From NCBI GenBank assembly GCA_042218075.1, contig JBDGRK010000005.1, forward strand, positions 68,716 through 132,715: a stretch of 64,000 nt of DNA, read 5' to 3'. How positions within the stretch are numbered: position 1 is the first letter of the stretch; every line of letters begins with the position of its first letter. Origin of the DNA: Candidatus Nanohaloarchaea archaeon (lineage in GTDB: Archaea > Nanohalarchaeota > Nanosalinia > Nanosalinales > Nanosalinaceae). Under the pieces are notes generated by a model. That model searched no databases, was not told the DNA's origin, and was given only the letters and a program-made list of their open reading frames with translations. This document shows positions 8,455 to 18,739 of this stretch, in pieces. Both the position numbers and the translations under genes were made by a program.

Positions 8455-8805
8455 ATGTCCAAGGAAAAGGAGGCCTCGCTTCTCACCTACAACACTCACA
8501 GGGAAAAGTTCGAGTCCGTGTATGAAAGAAACAAGTTTTACCGCGGGCTATTCGGCTACACGCAAAAGGTGAAGAAAAACGGGAAGACCTACGAGTATGA
8601 GAAAGATGGACTGATGGACGAGATACCCAACTCAAGGATCGACGACTCTGTATTCATAATCGCAAACCACTACGTCACAAGAATCGAAGACTACTTCCAG
8701 GACTGGGGAGAAAAGGTCTCCCACCATATTTTCAAAGTCATAATCGAGGATAAGAACATCATCGAGCAGATAAGAGGAGATAATTATGAACGACAACAAC
8801 AATGA
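8455..8805 (+). CDS. Hypothetical protein (possible ferredoxin-like/Cas2-VapD-like fold)
   Basis: 116 aa; LLTYNT...SVFII strand pattern; overlaps the cdc48 start. Confidence 0.6.
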   Translation: MSKEKEASLLTYNTHREKFESVYERNKFYRGLFGYTQKVKKNGKTYEYEKDGLMDEIPNSRIDDSVFIIANHYVTRIEDYFQDWGEKVSHHIFKVIIEDKNIIEQIRGDNYERQQQ

Positions 8806-11800
8806 AGACGGAAGCAGGGCGAGGCTCCGAGTAGGAGAGGTACCGCCCAACGCACAGCAGGACATCGGAAAAGGCATAGTCAGGATAGACTCCAACGTGA
8901 TGGAGGAACTGGGAGTCTCGGAGGGTGATGCTGTAACAATAGAAGACGAGAGGGAAACCGTAGGAAGAGTCGCGAGAAGCTATCCCGCAGATAAAGGACT
9001 CGGTATCGCGAGAATGGACGGTTACATGAGAAAGAACGCAGGGACTTCTCTCGGACAGAAGGTAGAGGTTGAGAAAGCCGAGCTGAAAGAGGCTGAGAAA
9101 ATCACCCTCGCACCTGCAGAGGAAGGAGTGATGATCCAGGTCCAGAACCCGAAGATATTCCAGAGAGCTCTGAGAGGAAGGGCGGTGATGCAGGGCGACA
9201 TAGTAGTTCCGGGGGATGGAGACGATCGCAGAAAATCGATATTCGACGACGTATTCGACATGGAAGCCGATCGCTTCAGGTTCTCTTTCGGGCAGGAGAC
9301 GAAGCTGGCTGTGGTCGACACAAATCCAGGAGGAGCAGTAAAGATCACTGAAGCGACCGAGATAGAGGTCAAGCAGCAGGCAGTGGAAGACGTTGAAAAA
9401 CAGCAGGTGAGAGTACCGGAGGTAACCTACGAGGATATCGGAGGCCTCGAATCAGAGATACAGCAGGTCAGGGAGATGATCGAGCTGCCTCTAAAACACC
9501 CTGAAGTGTTCCAGCAGCTGGGGATCGAGGCTCCCTCAGGAGTACTGCTACACGGGCCTCCCGGCACCGGAAAAACTTTACTCGCGAAAGCGGTCGCAAA
9601 CGAGGCGGATGCCACATTCATGTCCATCAACGGTCCGGAGATCATGAGCAAATTCTACGGAGAATCCGAGAAACAGCTCAGAGAAAAGTTTGAGGAGGCG
9701 CAGGACAACTCTCCCGCGATAATCTTCATAGACGAGATCGACGCAATCGCCTCAAAGAGAAGCGATGTAGGAGGCGAGGTGGAGAGAAGGGTTGTGGCGC
9801 AGCTTCTTTCCCTCATGGATGGACTCGAGGAGCGCGAAAACGTTATCGTGATAGCCGCGACAAACAGGCTTGACGCTATTGACGAAGCCTTGAGAAGGGG
9901 AGGAAGATTCGACAGGGAGATCGAGATCGGTGTCCCGAACAGGGAAGGTAGAAAGGAAGTGCTCCAGATTCACACCAGAAACATGCCCCTGACAGACGAC
10001 GTCGACCTTGAAGAAGTCGCGGAGAAAACCCACGGCTATGTCGGGGCTGACATAGAGGCGATGGCGAAAGAAGCCGCGATGAGTGTTCTGAGGAGAGTTC
10101 TCCCCGAGATAGACCTCGACGAGGAGATACCTAGCGACGTGATGGACGAATTAGTAGTTGATCGGGATGCAATGCTCGAAGGAATAAGAAAGGTCCAGCC
10201 CTCAGCGATGAGAGAGGTCATGGTCGAAGTTCCGCAGGTCACCTGGGAAGAAGTCGGAGGACTGGAGAACACGAAGGAACAGCTAAGAGAGATGGTGGAA
10301 TGGCCGCAGAAGTACCCTGAAAGGTTCGAGAAGATGGGTATAGAGGTTCCTAAAGGAATACTTCTCTACGGTCTGCCGGGAACAGGAAAGACTTTACTCG
10401 CAAAGGCTGTCGCGAACGAGGCGAACGCCAACTTTATCTCCATAAAGGGGCCTGAAATTTTCTGCCTGTCCGGAGATACACCTATAGTCACAGATTTCTG
10501 CGGTAGAAGGTCAATCGAGGAGTTCTACGATAGAGCGGTTGAAATTAGTGAAAAAGTCCATAAGGATGATAGAAAGACAGTCTTCGAACCTGAGGAAGAG
10601 ATCAGGACGAAAGGCATCGACGAGAATGGAGAAATAGTTGATTCCAAGGTCGATCGGTTCTACAGCATAGAGGTGCCCAAAAGTTACAGGCTGGAGTTTG
10701 ATGATGGCAGTTCCATCCATGTATCCGGCAACCAGCCTTTCTATACGTCAGAAGGGTGGAAGAAAGCTTCAGAAATAGAAGAGAAAGAAATGGTGGCATC
10801 GCCTTCACGGATAGACTCCTTCGGGAAGGATCGGATTGAATGGGAGCAACTTGACCGGGAGAACTTCCACATTCAGAAAGAAGGAGAACTGGTAGCTCTA
10901 GGCGATACAGAAGTAGAGGAAATGAATCATATCACTTATGCTAGGAAACTAACTTCGGAGGAGAAAACTATACGGATACCGGAGGAACTTAATCCTTCGC
11001 TTTCAGAACTACTGGGATTTATCTCGGCGGAGGGAAGCCTTAAAGAAGACGAGGTAAGGATAGCAGCGAGTGATGAGGACAACAGATCAAGAATAAGAGA
11101 GCTGCTGGAGGAAATATTTGAGGAAGAAAGGATAAATGAGAGAGAAGACGGTTTAGCTGTTTACTCCAGAGCATTTGTAGAACTTCTGCATCAAGGTTTC
11201 GATATTCCAAGAGAGGATAAAACAGCAAATATCAGAGTGCCAGGACTGCTCTTCAAGGCTTCCGAGAAGAACTGGAACGGATTCCTTAAGGGAGCTTTCA
11301 GGGGGGACGGCTACATAGGCGAGAAAAAAGTGGATTACTGCTCGAAGAGCGAGGAACTTGTCGATGGAATATCGACACTGTTAAGGTTCAAGGGATTCAC
11401 TCCGAGAAAGTTTGAAGACGGAGAAGGCTACTTCCACGTCAACCTAAGCGGTAAAGGCGAGATAACAAGGTTCAGGTCGGAAGTGATGGGAGAGGAGATA
11501 GAGATTAAAGAAGACAACAGGAACAAGCAGAGACCGATGCCAGACATGCGAGAGGAGGTAGAAGAGCTTAGGGATAACCTCAGGATGACCTACGGCAGAG
11601 ATATCAAGGAGGGAGTTATAGCACCCATTATCGAGAGAGAGCAGGAATTCGGGCAGGATAGGGCCAGAAAACTCGTGAATGCTTTCAGGGAGAGAACCAA
11701 AGAAGTTGAAGAATTAGAGATTGAGGAAACAATAGGGAGCCTGAGAGAGGCGAAAGATGTGCTGAAAGTTACTTGGCCTGAACTGGAAATGGAACTCGGT

Positions 11801-12673
11801 TACAATCCAAAATACCAGCTGAACGGGAAAAATGAATACGGGGAGAAACACGAAGAGATCAGAGAATACCTGGAAAAAGTGAGGGAATCAATCCTATCGG
11901 ACCGAAACTTCGAGACCCTACAGAAGCTTGACACCGCATCCAGAGATCTCGCATGGAAACAAATTGAATCAATTGAACAAAAGGGAGAAACCACGATGTA
12001 CGACCTTGAAACCTCGACAGGTAGCCTCATAGGCGGACAAACGCCTCTGATGCTTCACAATTCCAAGTATGTTGGAGAGTCAGAGGAAGCGGTGAGAGAG
12101 GTCTTCCAGAAAGCAAGGCAGGTAGCGCCGTGCATACTCTTCATAGACGAGATCGATTCTATAGCAACGAAGAGAGGATCCAGAACAGATTCAGGAGTCG
12201 GAGACAGAGTTGTCAACCAGCTTTTGACAGAGCTCGACGGAATAGAGGATCTGGAAGGAGTTACCGTGATCGCCGCGACGAATCGGCCCGACCTGATCGA
12301 TCCCGCTCTCCTGAGGCCGGGAAGAATAGACAGAGATATTGAGGTTGAAAACCCTGACCTGGAAGCCAGGAGGAAGATCCTGAAAGTTCACACGAGGGAC
12401 ATGCCGCTCTCCGATGAAATAGATCTCGATGCTCTGGCTGAGAAGATAGACGCCTACGTTGGTAGCGACATCGAGTCTCTCTGCAGGGAGGCCGCGATGC
12501 TCGCACTTAGAGAAGATCCGGACTCGGAAGAAGTGAAGATGGAGCATTTCGAGGAAGCTATGGAAGAGATCAACCCGACCGCCACAGAGGAAAACGTCGA
12601 GCACTACAGGCAGATGATGAAAAGGATGAAAGAAATGGAAGAACCTGATGAAAGCCCGGATTACTACGCCTGA
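8786..12673 (+). CDS. cdc48: CDC48/VCP (VAT) family AAA+ ATPase containing an intein
   Basis: N-domain plus two AAA modules ([16 protein letters not shown]; IFIDEID; RPGR); D2 interrupted by a 533-aa insertion. Confidence 0.93.
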   Translation: MNDNNNEDGSRARLRVGEVPPNAQQDIGKGIVRIDSNVMEELGVSEGDAVTIEDERETVGRVARSYPADKGLGIARMDGYMRKNAGTSLGQKVEVEKAELKEAEKITLAPAEEGVMIQVQNPKIFQRALRGRAVMQGDIVVPGDGDDRRKSIFDDVFDMEADRFRFSFGQETKLAVVDTNPGGAVKITEATEIEVKQQAVEDVEKQQVRVPEVTYEDIGGLESEIQQVREMIELPLKHPEVFQQLGIEAPSGVLLHGPPGTGKTLLAKAVANEADATFMSINGPEIMSKFYGESEKQLREKFEEAQDNSPAIIFIDEIDAIASKRSDVGGEVERRVVAQLLSLMDGLEERENVIVIAATNRLDAIDEALRRGGRFDREIEIGVPNREGRKEVLQIHTRNMPLTDDVDLEEVAEKTHGYVGADIEAMAKEAAMSVLRRVLPEIDLDEEIPSDVMDELVVDRDAMLEGIRKVQPSAMREVMVEVPQVTWEEVGGLENTKEQLREMVEWPQKYPERFEKMGIEVPKGILLYGLPGTGKTLLAKAVANEANANFISIKGPEIFCLSGDTPIVTDFCGRRSIEEFYDRAVEISEKVHKDDRKTVFEPEEEIRTKGIDENGEIVDSKVDRFYSIEVPKSYRLEFDDGSSIHVSGNQPFYTSEGWKKASEIEEKEMVASPSRIDSFGKDRIEWEQLDRENFHIQKEGELVALGDTEVEEMNHITYARKLTSEEKTIRIPEELNPSLSELLGFISAEGSLKEDEVRIAASDEDNRSRIRELLEEIFEEERINEREDGLAVYSRAFVELLHQGFDIPREDKTANIRVPGLLFKASEKNWNGFLKGAFRGDGYIGEKKVDYCSKSEELVDGISTLLRFKGFTPRKFEDGEGYFHVNLSGKGEITRFRSEVMGEEIEIKEDNRNKQRPMPDMREEVEELRDNLRMTYGRDIKEGVIAPIIEREQEFGQDRARKLVNAFRERTKEVEELEIEETIGSLREAKDVLKVTWPELEMELGYNPKYQLNGKNEYGEKHEEIREYLEKVRESILSDRNFETLQKLDTASRDLAWKQIESIEQKGETTMYDLETSTGSLIGGQTPLMLHNSKYVGESEEAVREVFQKARQVAPCILFIDEIDSIATKRGSRTDSGVGDRVVNQLLTELDGIEDLEGVTVIAATNRPDLIDPALLRPGRIDRDIEVENPDLEARRKILKVHTRDMPLSDEIDLDALAEKIDAYVGSDIESLCREAAMLALREDPDSEEVKMEHFEEAMEEINPTATEENVEHYRQMMKRMKEMEEPDESPDYYA
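10463..12061 (+). mobile_element. Intein with LAGLIDADG homing endonuclease
   Basis: Begins CLSGDT, ends LMLHN followed by Ser(+1); LAGLIDADG-like blocks LLGFISAEG and [10 protein letters not shown]; removal restores [13 protein letters not shown]. Confidence 0.92.
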
Positions 12674-12722
12674 GGTAGAGGTAACCGCAGCCTTATTAAC
12701 CTGAGGCAGGAAAGCAAGTACA

Positions 12723-13655
12723 ATGACGGGGCAAAACAAATGCGAGAAATGCGGTGAGAGCTTTGACTCCGAGCGCGGATTACATATCCACCAGTCACAG
12801 ATGCATGAGGAGCAAGAGATGAATCAAGCAGATGAAAAACTTGAGTTCGGTGTGAGAACTGCAATGTTCGGAGTCTTTATTCTTGGAATTTTCGTAGGAC
12901 TATCCTCGGGTCTGGTATTCTCCGAGATAAGTGATTCGGAATCGGCAACAAGTGTGAAAGCTCCCGAGAAATTAGATCAGAGAAAGGATAGCGCTTCAAA
13001 AAATGATTCCAATAATAACAGGGTTAAAATAAAGAAAGATATGCTAGAAGGCGAACCTTCTCTAGGAAATGCAGATGCTCCTATCACTATAGTTGAATAT
13101 TCAGATTTTGGATGTCCATGGTGTGCGGAATGGGCAGGGTTCGAAGCAATTCCCGATGATGCTGTGAGAGTCACGGGAACGATAGATGACAAGGAAACAG
13201 TCAGAAAAATAAAGCAGAATTACGTTCAAAAAGGAAAAGCAAGATTTGTTTTTAAGGATTACCCTGTTAAGGGGCTTCATCCGAAAGCTCCATCAGCTCA
13301 TAGAGCTGCGAACTGTGTGTTCAAACAGGATGAAAAAAGCTTCTGGAAGTTCCACGATCTTCTTTTTGAAAACAGGGATGAGTGGAAAAATAGCAGGAAA
13401 CCTTTGAACGAATACCTGAATTACGCGGAAAATACAGCTATCAACGTCTCAGAATTCGAAAACTGTTACATTAATTCAAACAACTCGGAAGCAGAGAAAG
13501 ATAAAAGACAGATAAAATCGCTGGCCGGCAGACTAGGGACGCCAGCAATATTTATCGGGAACACAGAGGACGGATTTGTTTCTATCCAGGGAGCTCAACC
13601 CTATTCATCCCTGAAGAATGTTATAGAGGCAGAACTTGAACGTGCCAGAAAATGA
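12723..13655 (+). CDS. DsbA-family thioredoxin-fold protein with N-terminal C2H2 zinc finger and TM anchor
   Basis: CEKC...HIHQSQMH, hydrophobic helix, EYSDFGCPWC, GTP motif. Confidence 0.85.
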   Translation: MTGQNKCEKCGESFDSERGLHIHQSQMHEEQEMNQADEKLEFGVRTAMFGVFILGIFVGLSSGLVFSEISDSESATSVKAPEKLDQRKDSASKNDSNNNRVKIKKDMLEGEPSLGNADAPITIVEYSDFGCPWCAEWAGFEAIPDDAVRVTGTIDDKETVRKIKQNYVQKGKARFVFKDYPVKGLHPKAPSAHRAANCVFKQDEKSFWKFHDLLFENRDEWKNSRKPLNEYLNYAENTAINVSEFENCYINSNNSEAEKDKRQIKSLAGRLGTPAIFIGNTEDGFVSIQGAQPYSSLKNVIEAELERARK

Positions 13656-14173
13656 CAAGGGAAATTGAAAAAATAGCAGGAATATTAAGCAGACCGTTAT
13701 ATTTCTCTATCGCTGCTATTTCCACAATTACATCCTTCATGTTTTTTTCCCTCTCAACAAATTCTTCAGCTATATTTATTTACTTCAGAAAAGGCAATTT
13801 TACACTTCTATCAAAGCTTATTCCGGATCTTATTAATGGATTTATTCTCAGTTCCTCGCTTATATCTTTGATTCTAACATTGATAACTTCAGTTCTAATA
13901 GGTCTAAACATTGTGCTCGCCGCTTTTCGGCTGGTAAATGCTTCACAGCTCAATAAGTCAGATATTGGCTCTATACCCGGAATTCTTACTTCAATAGTGG
14001 CTCCGGCCTGCCCTGCTTGTGCAACAACTTTCTTGGCTTTCGCAGGTTTTACAAGCCTTTACGCACTGCTCCCCTTCAATGGCATCTTATTCAAAGTGGT
14101 AGGTATCCTGCTTCTGAGTGGTTCGGCACTATACACTTTTACTCAAATAGACCGGGAGAGATGCAAACTCTAA
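13652..14173 (+). CDS. Membrane protein with CxxC motif
   Basis: About 4 TM helices, ACPAC motif; overlaps the DsbA gene stop. Confidence 0.7.
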   Translation: MTREIEKIAGILSRPLYFSIAAISTITSFMFFSLSTNSSAIFIYFRKGNFTLLSKLIPDLINGFILSSSLISLILTLITSVLIGLNIVLAAFRLVNASQLNKSDIGSIPGILTSIVAPACPACATTFLAFAGFTSLYALLPFNGILFKVVGILLLSGSALYTFTQIDRERCKL

Positions 14174-15057
14174 TTCCTCGTAGTGACTATATTTTCTCCA
14201 TCATCAACACCAACCAGAACCGTGTGCTCGGCCTGTGCAACAGTTCCACCCGCCTCCTCCCTCAGGACCTCGTAGGATTTCACAACACCGGAATCAACCA
14301 GCTTCTTCATCGCCATCTTCTGTCTCGCGCCAAAATCCAGCCATCTAGTGGTGAAGGGAAGGCCGTTGAACTTCTTGATCTCGCCCAGAAGCTTCCTCTG
14401 TGCCCTTCCTCTAACATTCCTGTCCTTCTTCATCTTGTAGATATTGCCGGGCTTTCCATTCTTGATCTTGCCCGATCCATCTGTTATGAAAGGTTCAATC
14501 GCGATCGCGTCACCTATCTCGAACTCATGGGAGGAGGCGTTCTCCACGTTGGGAATTGAAATACCGGCGTGCTGTGTATATTTCCCAAGGTAATGGCCTG
14601 TCAGGTTTCTCACAGGTTCATAGTCCTCAGATACCTGGCTCTCCACGAACCTTCCGAACTCCTCTATAGTTTTACCCGGCTCTATAAACTCCAGCGCTCT
14701 TTCAAGAACTTTCTCCACTTCATCCACCATTTTCCTGTAGCTTCCCGAAGGATTTACCGTTAGCGCGGTGTCAGCAATATAGCCCTCCGAATGCGCCCCT
14801 ATATCTATCTTCAGAACGTCTTCAGGCTTCAGAACACGATCCTCATCATTTGAAGGCGTGTAGTGAGCTGCCTCTTCATTGATCGAAAGATTCACTGGAA
14901 AAGCAGGTTCCAGCCCTTCTTCACGTATAACTGCTTCAATTTCCTCGGCTATGGTTTCAAGCTTGTTCCCCGGCTCGGAGATATCTCTCGCCCTCTTCCT
15001 CGCCTTCTGGATGACTTCTCCAGCTCTTATATAGTGATCCCTGACTTCCTGATCCAT
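14170..15057 (-). CDS. map: Methionine aminopeptidase type II
   Basis: AFPVNLSINEEAAHYTP, KIDIGAH, DTA, NLTGH, AIEPF, AQAEHT. Confidence 0.95.
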   Translation of the reverse strand: MDQEVRDHYIRAGEVIQKARKRARDISEPGNKLETIAEEIEAVIREEGLEPAFPVNLSINEEAAHYTPSNDEDRVLKPEDVLKIDIGAHSEGYIADTALTVNPSGSYRKMVDEVEKVLERALEFIEPGKTIEEFGRFVESQVSEDYEPVRNLTGHYLGKYTQHAGISIPNVENASSHEFEIGDAIAIEPFITDGSGKIKNGKPGNIYKMKKDRNVRGRAQRKLLGEIKKFNGLPFTTRWLDFGARQKMAMKKLVDSGVVKSYEVLREEAGGTVAQAEHTVLVGVDDGENIVTTRN

Positions 15058-15080
15058 GTTACCAAAATAAAACTAAACCG

Positions 15081-15394
15081 TTAAAACCTCTTTCTCACTC
15101 CCCAAGATATCAAGATAATCAAAGAAAACTGATTTAGCTTCCAACAAATTTTCAAGGGATCTACTATTTTCACTCATTTGCCACTGATCTAGAGCTCTGA
15201 CTACCTGAAGATAACTCAAATCGGTTTCATCATCGGCGTAATAAGCCCTCTTGAGTTTCCCGAAAATAGTTTTCCACGTGATGCTTCATGGTTTCCAGCA
15301 GCCAATATTCTTCTGAATCCTCTTCAAAATCCTGCATTTCATTCTCCAGCCATCCAGGAACCCTCCAAAGATCGTTTTTATTTCTAAGCCTCAT
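15081..15394 (-). pseudogene. Frameshifted hypothetical gene
   Basis: MRLRNKNDLWRVPGWLENEMQDFEE... continues as FGKLKRAYYADDETDLSYLQ...RKRF* if one T is removed from a TTTT run near 15263-15266. Confidence 0.4.
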
Positions 15395-15422
15395 AATTCA
15401 TAATATTCAGAAAAAGTTAAAA

Positions 15423-16559
15423 TCAGTCAGCAACTTTTTCAACTTCCTCTGCTATCTCCATCGCGAGTTCACGATCAAGTGTTTCCGGCACAATCCTGTC
15501 TCTTTCTGGCTCGATAAAATCCCTTATAGCCTCTGAAGCGGCTTTTTTCATCTCCTGGTTTATCTCGGAGGCTCGTGCATCAAGCGCGCCCCTGAAGACT
15601 CCCGGGAAGGCAAGCGAATTATTGACCTGGTTGTCGAAATCGGATCTACCTGTAGCTGTGATAAATGCTCCAGCCTCTTTGGCTTCCCCGGGTTCGATCT
15701 CGGGTTCGGGATTTGCCAGCGCAAATACTATCGGCTTATCACTCATCGACTCCACCATCTCCTTTGAGACTATCCCGGGAGCAGAAAGTCCTATGAAAAC
15801 GTCCGCACCTTCCATCACATCCTCTAGACTTCCGAACTCCTCGGAGACAAGGGTTTTCTCAGCGAGCTCTGCCTTGTATCGGTTTTCGTCATTTGTTCTC
15901 AGAATGCCGGAAGAGTCGAGCGGAACTATCTTTTCAGCTCCTGCCTCCAGGAGAAACTCTGCAACAGCGATACCTGAAGCACCGGCACCGGAAATCACAA
16001 TCCTGGAATCCTCCAGCCTTTTCCCACCAAGCTCTAGGGCGTTTTCCAGAGCAGCGAGAACAACTATAGCGGTGCCGTGCTGGTCGTCGTGGAAAACCGG
16101 TATGTCCAGCCTCTGCTTGAGCTCTCTCTCAACCTCAAAGCATTCCGGAGCCTCAATATCCTCAAGATTGATCGCACCAAACGTAGGTGCTTCTCTCTCC
16201 ACATGCTCTACAATCTCTTCGACGGAGTCCGCATTTATGCAGATAGGGAATCCGTCCACGCCACCGAACTTCTTCATCAGGTTGGCCTTTCCCTCCATCA
16301 CCGGCATCGCCGCCTCCGGCCCTATATCGCCCAGTCCCAGAACCGCAGAGCCGTTCGAAACTACTGCCACAAGATTATCCTTTGAAGTGTATTCGTAGAC
16401 CTTTTCCTCATCTTCATCTATCTGCCTGCAGGGTTCCGCCACACCAGGAGTGTATACAAGGTCAAGGTCTTCCAAACTCTCGACATCTACAGAACACTCA
16501 ACGGAAAGCTTGCCCGGATTCTCGGAGTGGAGTTCAAGAGCCTCCTGTCTATCTACCAT
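15423..16559 (-). CDS. NAD(P)-dependent malic enzyme
   Basis: YTPGVAEPC, GSAVLGLGDIG, MEGKA, INLEDI, FHDDQHGTA, GAGASG, ALANPEPE, NQVNN. Confidence 0.94.
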   Translation of the reverse strand: MVDRQEALELHSENPGKLSVECSVDVESLEDLDLVYTPGVAEPCRQIDEDEEKVYEYTSKDNLVAVVSNGSAVLGLGDIGPEAAMPVMEGKANLMKKFGGVDGFPICINADSVEEIVEHVEREAPTFGAINLEDIEAPECFEVERELKQRLDIPVFHDDQHGTAIVVLAALENALELGGKRLEDSRIVISGAGASGIAVAEFLLEAGAEKIVPLDSSGILRTNDENRYKAELAEKTLVSEEFGSLEDVMEGADVFIGLSAPGIVSKEMVESMSDKPIVFALANPEPEIEPGEAKEAGAFITATGRSDFDNQVNNSLAFPGVFRGALDARASEINQEMKKAASEAIRDFIEPERDRIVPETLDRELAMEIAEEVEKVAD

Positions 16560-16601
16560 AACCTCTATAGAAATTTCAGCTTCAAAAGAGCTGGGAAGAG
16601 G

Positions 16602-17015
16602 TCAGAAATTAGGTTCAAATTCTTCGAGATAACCAGGTTTCCCATCTTCCTCAATAAATTCTTCCACATAATCCACCAGATCCTTGCCCCTGATATTTTT
16701 CTCCAAGTCCAGCATCCTTTGAAGATACCTGCTCAAGCTCAACACATCTTTTCTGTCGTACGCCTGGTTACTTTCCCCTCTTTTAACCAAAAGCTCTGAT
16801 CTAACGTATTCGATCAGATCATCCCTTCCCCTTCCCTGATCAAGATTCTCAGAGAATTCAGGATAGAACATGTTGACTGAAACTGAGTTATCAACCTTTC
16901 TCTCATGAAAATCAACCTCAGAACCGCCTTTCAAAGCCTGCATAGCTTCAGGTATTGAGCTATCTGGATTACTTTCTTCCTTTAGTTCACCCAAATTCCC
17001 AAACACGATAAACAC
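16602..17015 (-). CDS. Hypothetical protein
   Basis: 137-aa acidic ORF. Confidence 0.55.
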   Translation of the reverse strand: MFIVFGNLGELKEESNPDSSIPEAMQALKGGSEVDFHERKVDNSVSVNMFYPEFSENLDQGRGRDDLIEYVRSELLVKRGESNQAYDRKDVLSLSRYLQRMLDLEKNIRGKDLVDYVEEFIEEDGKPGYLEEFEPNF

Positions 17016-17053
17016 AATCTAACCAAGAGATTTAAACCAGTACGATCGAAGTC

Positions 17054-17320
17054 TCACTTCCTGAACTCGTACTCCACCTCATCGCAGAAAACCTTCACAC
17101 AGTCATCCTGAAAGCTTACACTCTCAAAGCTCCCGGTACTGAAAGAGTGAAGAGGCATAGAAGCCTCAACTTCACCTTCCCTCGTAACTTTGAAACTCGA
17201 GGAACCTCCATCAAACTCTATCACATCCTCTTCCTGCGAAACTTTTCTCTCACCGAAATGCTCCCTGAACCTTTCAACCAGTTCTTTCCAGTCCTCGGAA
17301 TTCATGATAACCTCATACAA
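17054..17320 (-). CDS. Hypothetical protein
   Basis: 88-aa acidic ORF; start may be the internal ATG. Confidence 0.6.
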   Translation of the reverse strand: MYEVIMNSEDWKELVERFREHFGERKVSQEEDVIEFDGGSSSFKVTREGEVEASMPLHSFSTGSFESVSFQDDCVKVFCDEVEYEFRK

Positions 17321-17563
17321 CTGAATTGTATTTCAAATCCTAATAATTCAGCTGGTTTTGAAAACTAGATCTCCTATTAACAAGATAACTGAAATTTATA
17401 GCTTATTCACAGGTATACTCAGTTTTTGACTACATTAAATTCCCAAACATGATATTGAATGAAACTATAAACCACGAATAAATCCTTTATATAGGGAATA
17501 ACAATCCATGTGTGTAAGGATTATAAGAATTAAATTCCCCAGCTATAATCCAGGGTCAATAAG

Positions 17564-17806
17564 ATGCCAGAAACCAAAGTAACCTTCGAAAAAGATGCCA
17601 TAGAAGGCGTATTAGAAGTATTTGACAAGGAAGTGGATGAAGATGGTTACATTGTTGAATCAGAAAGCGGAGAACGAATCTTGGATAGAGAAGGAGAGAA
17701 TATCAAAAAAGATGAACTGGGGGGCGTAAAAAAAGGATCCGAAATATTCTTGAATGACAACTTTTCCTCCCTAGTAGATTTCGTAAAACGGCATACTAGG
17801 AGGTAA
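17564..17806 (+). CDS. Hypothetical protein
   Basis: 80-aa acidic ORF in an AT-rich pair. Confidence 0.65.
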   Translation: MPETKVTFEKDAIEGVLEVFDKEVDEDGYIVESESGERILDREGENIKKDELGGVKKGSEIFLNDNFSSLVDFVKRHTRR

Positions 17807-17810
17807 AAGT

Positions 17811-18686
17811 TTGCTAGAGAAGCTGAAAAACCTGGTTCAAGCAGACCTGAATATTGATTTGATTAGTAATGTAGGTAATACTGAGGAAAACCACATACAT
17901 ATTCATTCAGACGATACTAAAGGTTCCGAATCTGTATCAGTAAATAGGGAAGAAGGTAGGCTTGATGTAAATATAGCTGAACTAGATGAGGAACAGAAGA
18001 AAGAACTTTTCCAGAAAATACTGCCAGAGGAATTTGAAGAGGGAAGAGTAAAGGAATTCTATAGGACAGATGTACATCAGGATATAGAAACTATTGAAGA
18101 GAACCAAGATGACGAGGATATCGCAGATATAGTAGACTATTTCGGAGGTCTAATATCGGAAAGACATCTCGATATTCTGGAAGATGCACTTTTCCTAAGA
18201 GAGATTTGGAGGGATGGAAGACCTATAGATGAGAAGAAGAGAGATTTGAGGCAGGAATATGGGAAAGAGGGAGTAACTATCGTCAATTTCTGTACAGCTG
18301 AATATTTCGATCAAGGAGGATATTTAAGAGAATTACATAAAAAGATGAGAAGTTCCGATGAATATACTGAAGGAGATTATAGAGAGGAGTTTGAAGAAAT
18401 AGTCCGTAACGCTCCTTTCTCCGTATTCGTATCCTATGGCGATAATGAAGAAGATATCAAGGATGAAGTCAAGCAGAAACTACAGAGATATCAAAAATAC
18501 GGGGTAGATATAGAATTTGTAGATGTTCGAGGCATAGGAGGAAGAAATATACATACAATAGAGCAGGTTATAGAAGCACTGGAAGAAGAAACAGATAATT
18601 TAGAATATAGAAGAAATACAAGAAGTGACGGAGAACTTAGAATAAGAATTGATACCGACAGTGTGGAAGGTCTGACACCACTTTAA
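17811..18686 (+). CDS. Hypothetical protein
   Basis: 291 aa, TTG start with SD GGAGGT, AT-rich. Confidence 0.7.
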   Translation: MLEKLKNLVQADLNIDLISNVGNTEENHIHIHSDDTKGSESVSVNREEGRLDVNIAELDEEQKKELFQKILPEEFEEGRVKEFYRTDVHQDIETIEENQDDEDIADIVDYFGGLISERHLDILEDALFLREIWRDGRPIDEKKRDLRQEYGKEGVTIVNFCTAEYFDQGGYLRELHKKMRSSDEYTEGDYREEFEEIVRNAPFSVFVSYGDNEEDIKDEVKQKLQRYQKYGVDIEFVDVRGIGGRNIHTIEQVIEALEEETDNLEYRRNTRSDGELRIRIDTDSVEGLTPL

Positions 18687-18739
18687 GAAAATCAAACTCT
18701 TTATTTTCCTAACTCATAACTCCAGTTCGAACATCTAAC

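Noticed and set aside
8455-8805. Cas2 gene
   Set aside because: Only a vague fold resemblance; no cas1 or array; operonic with cdc48
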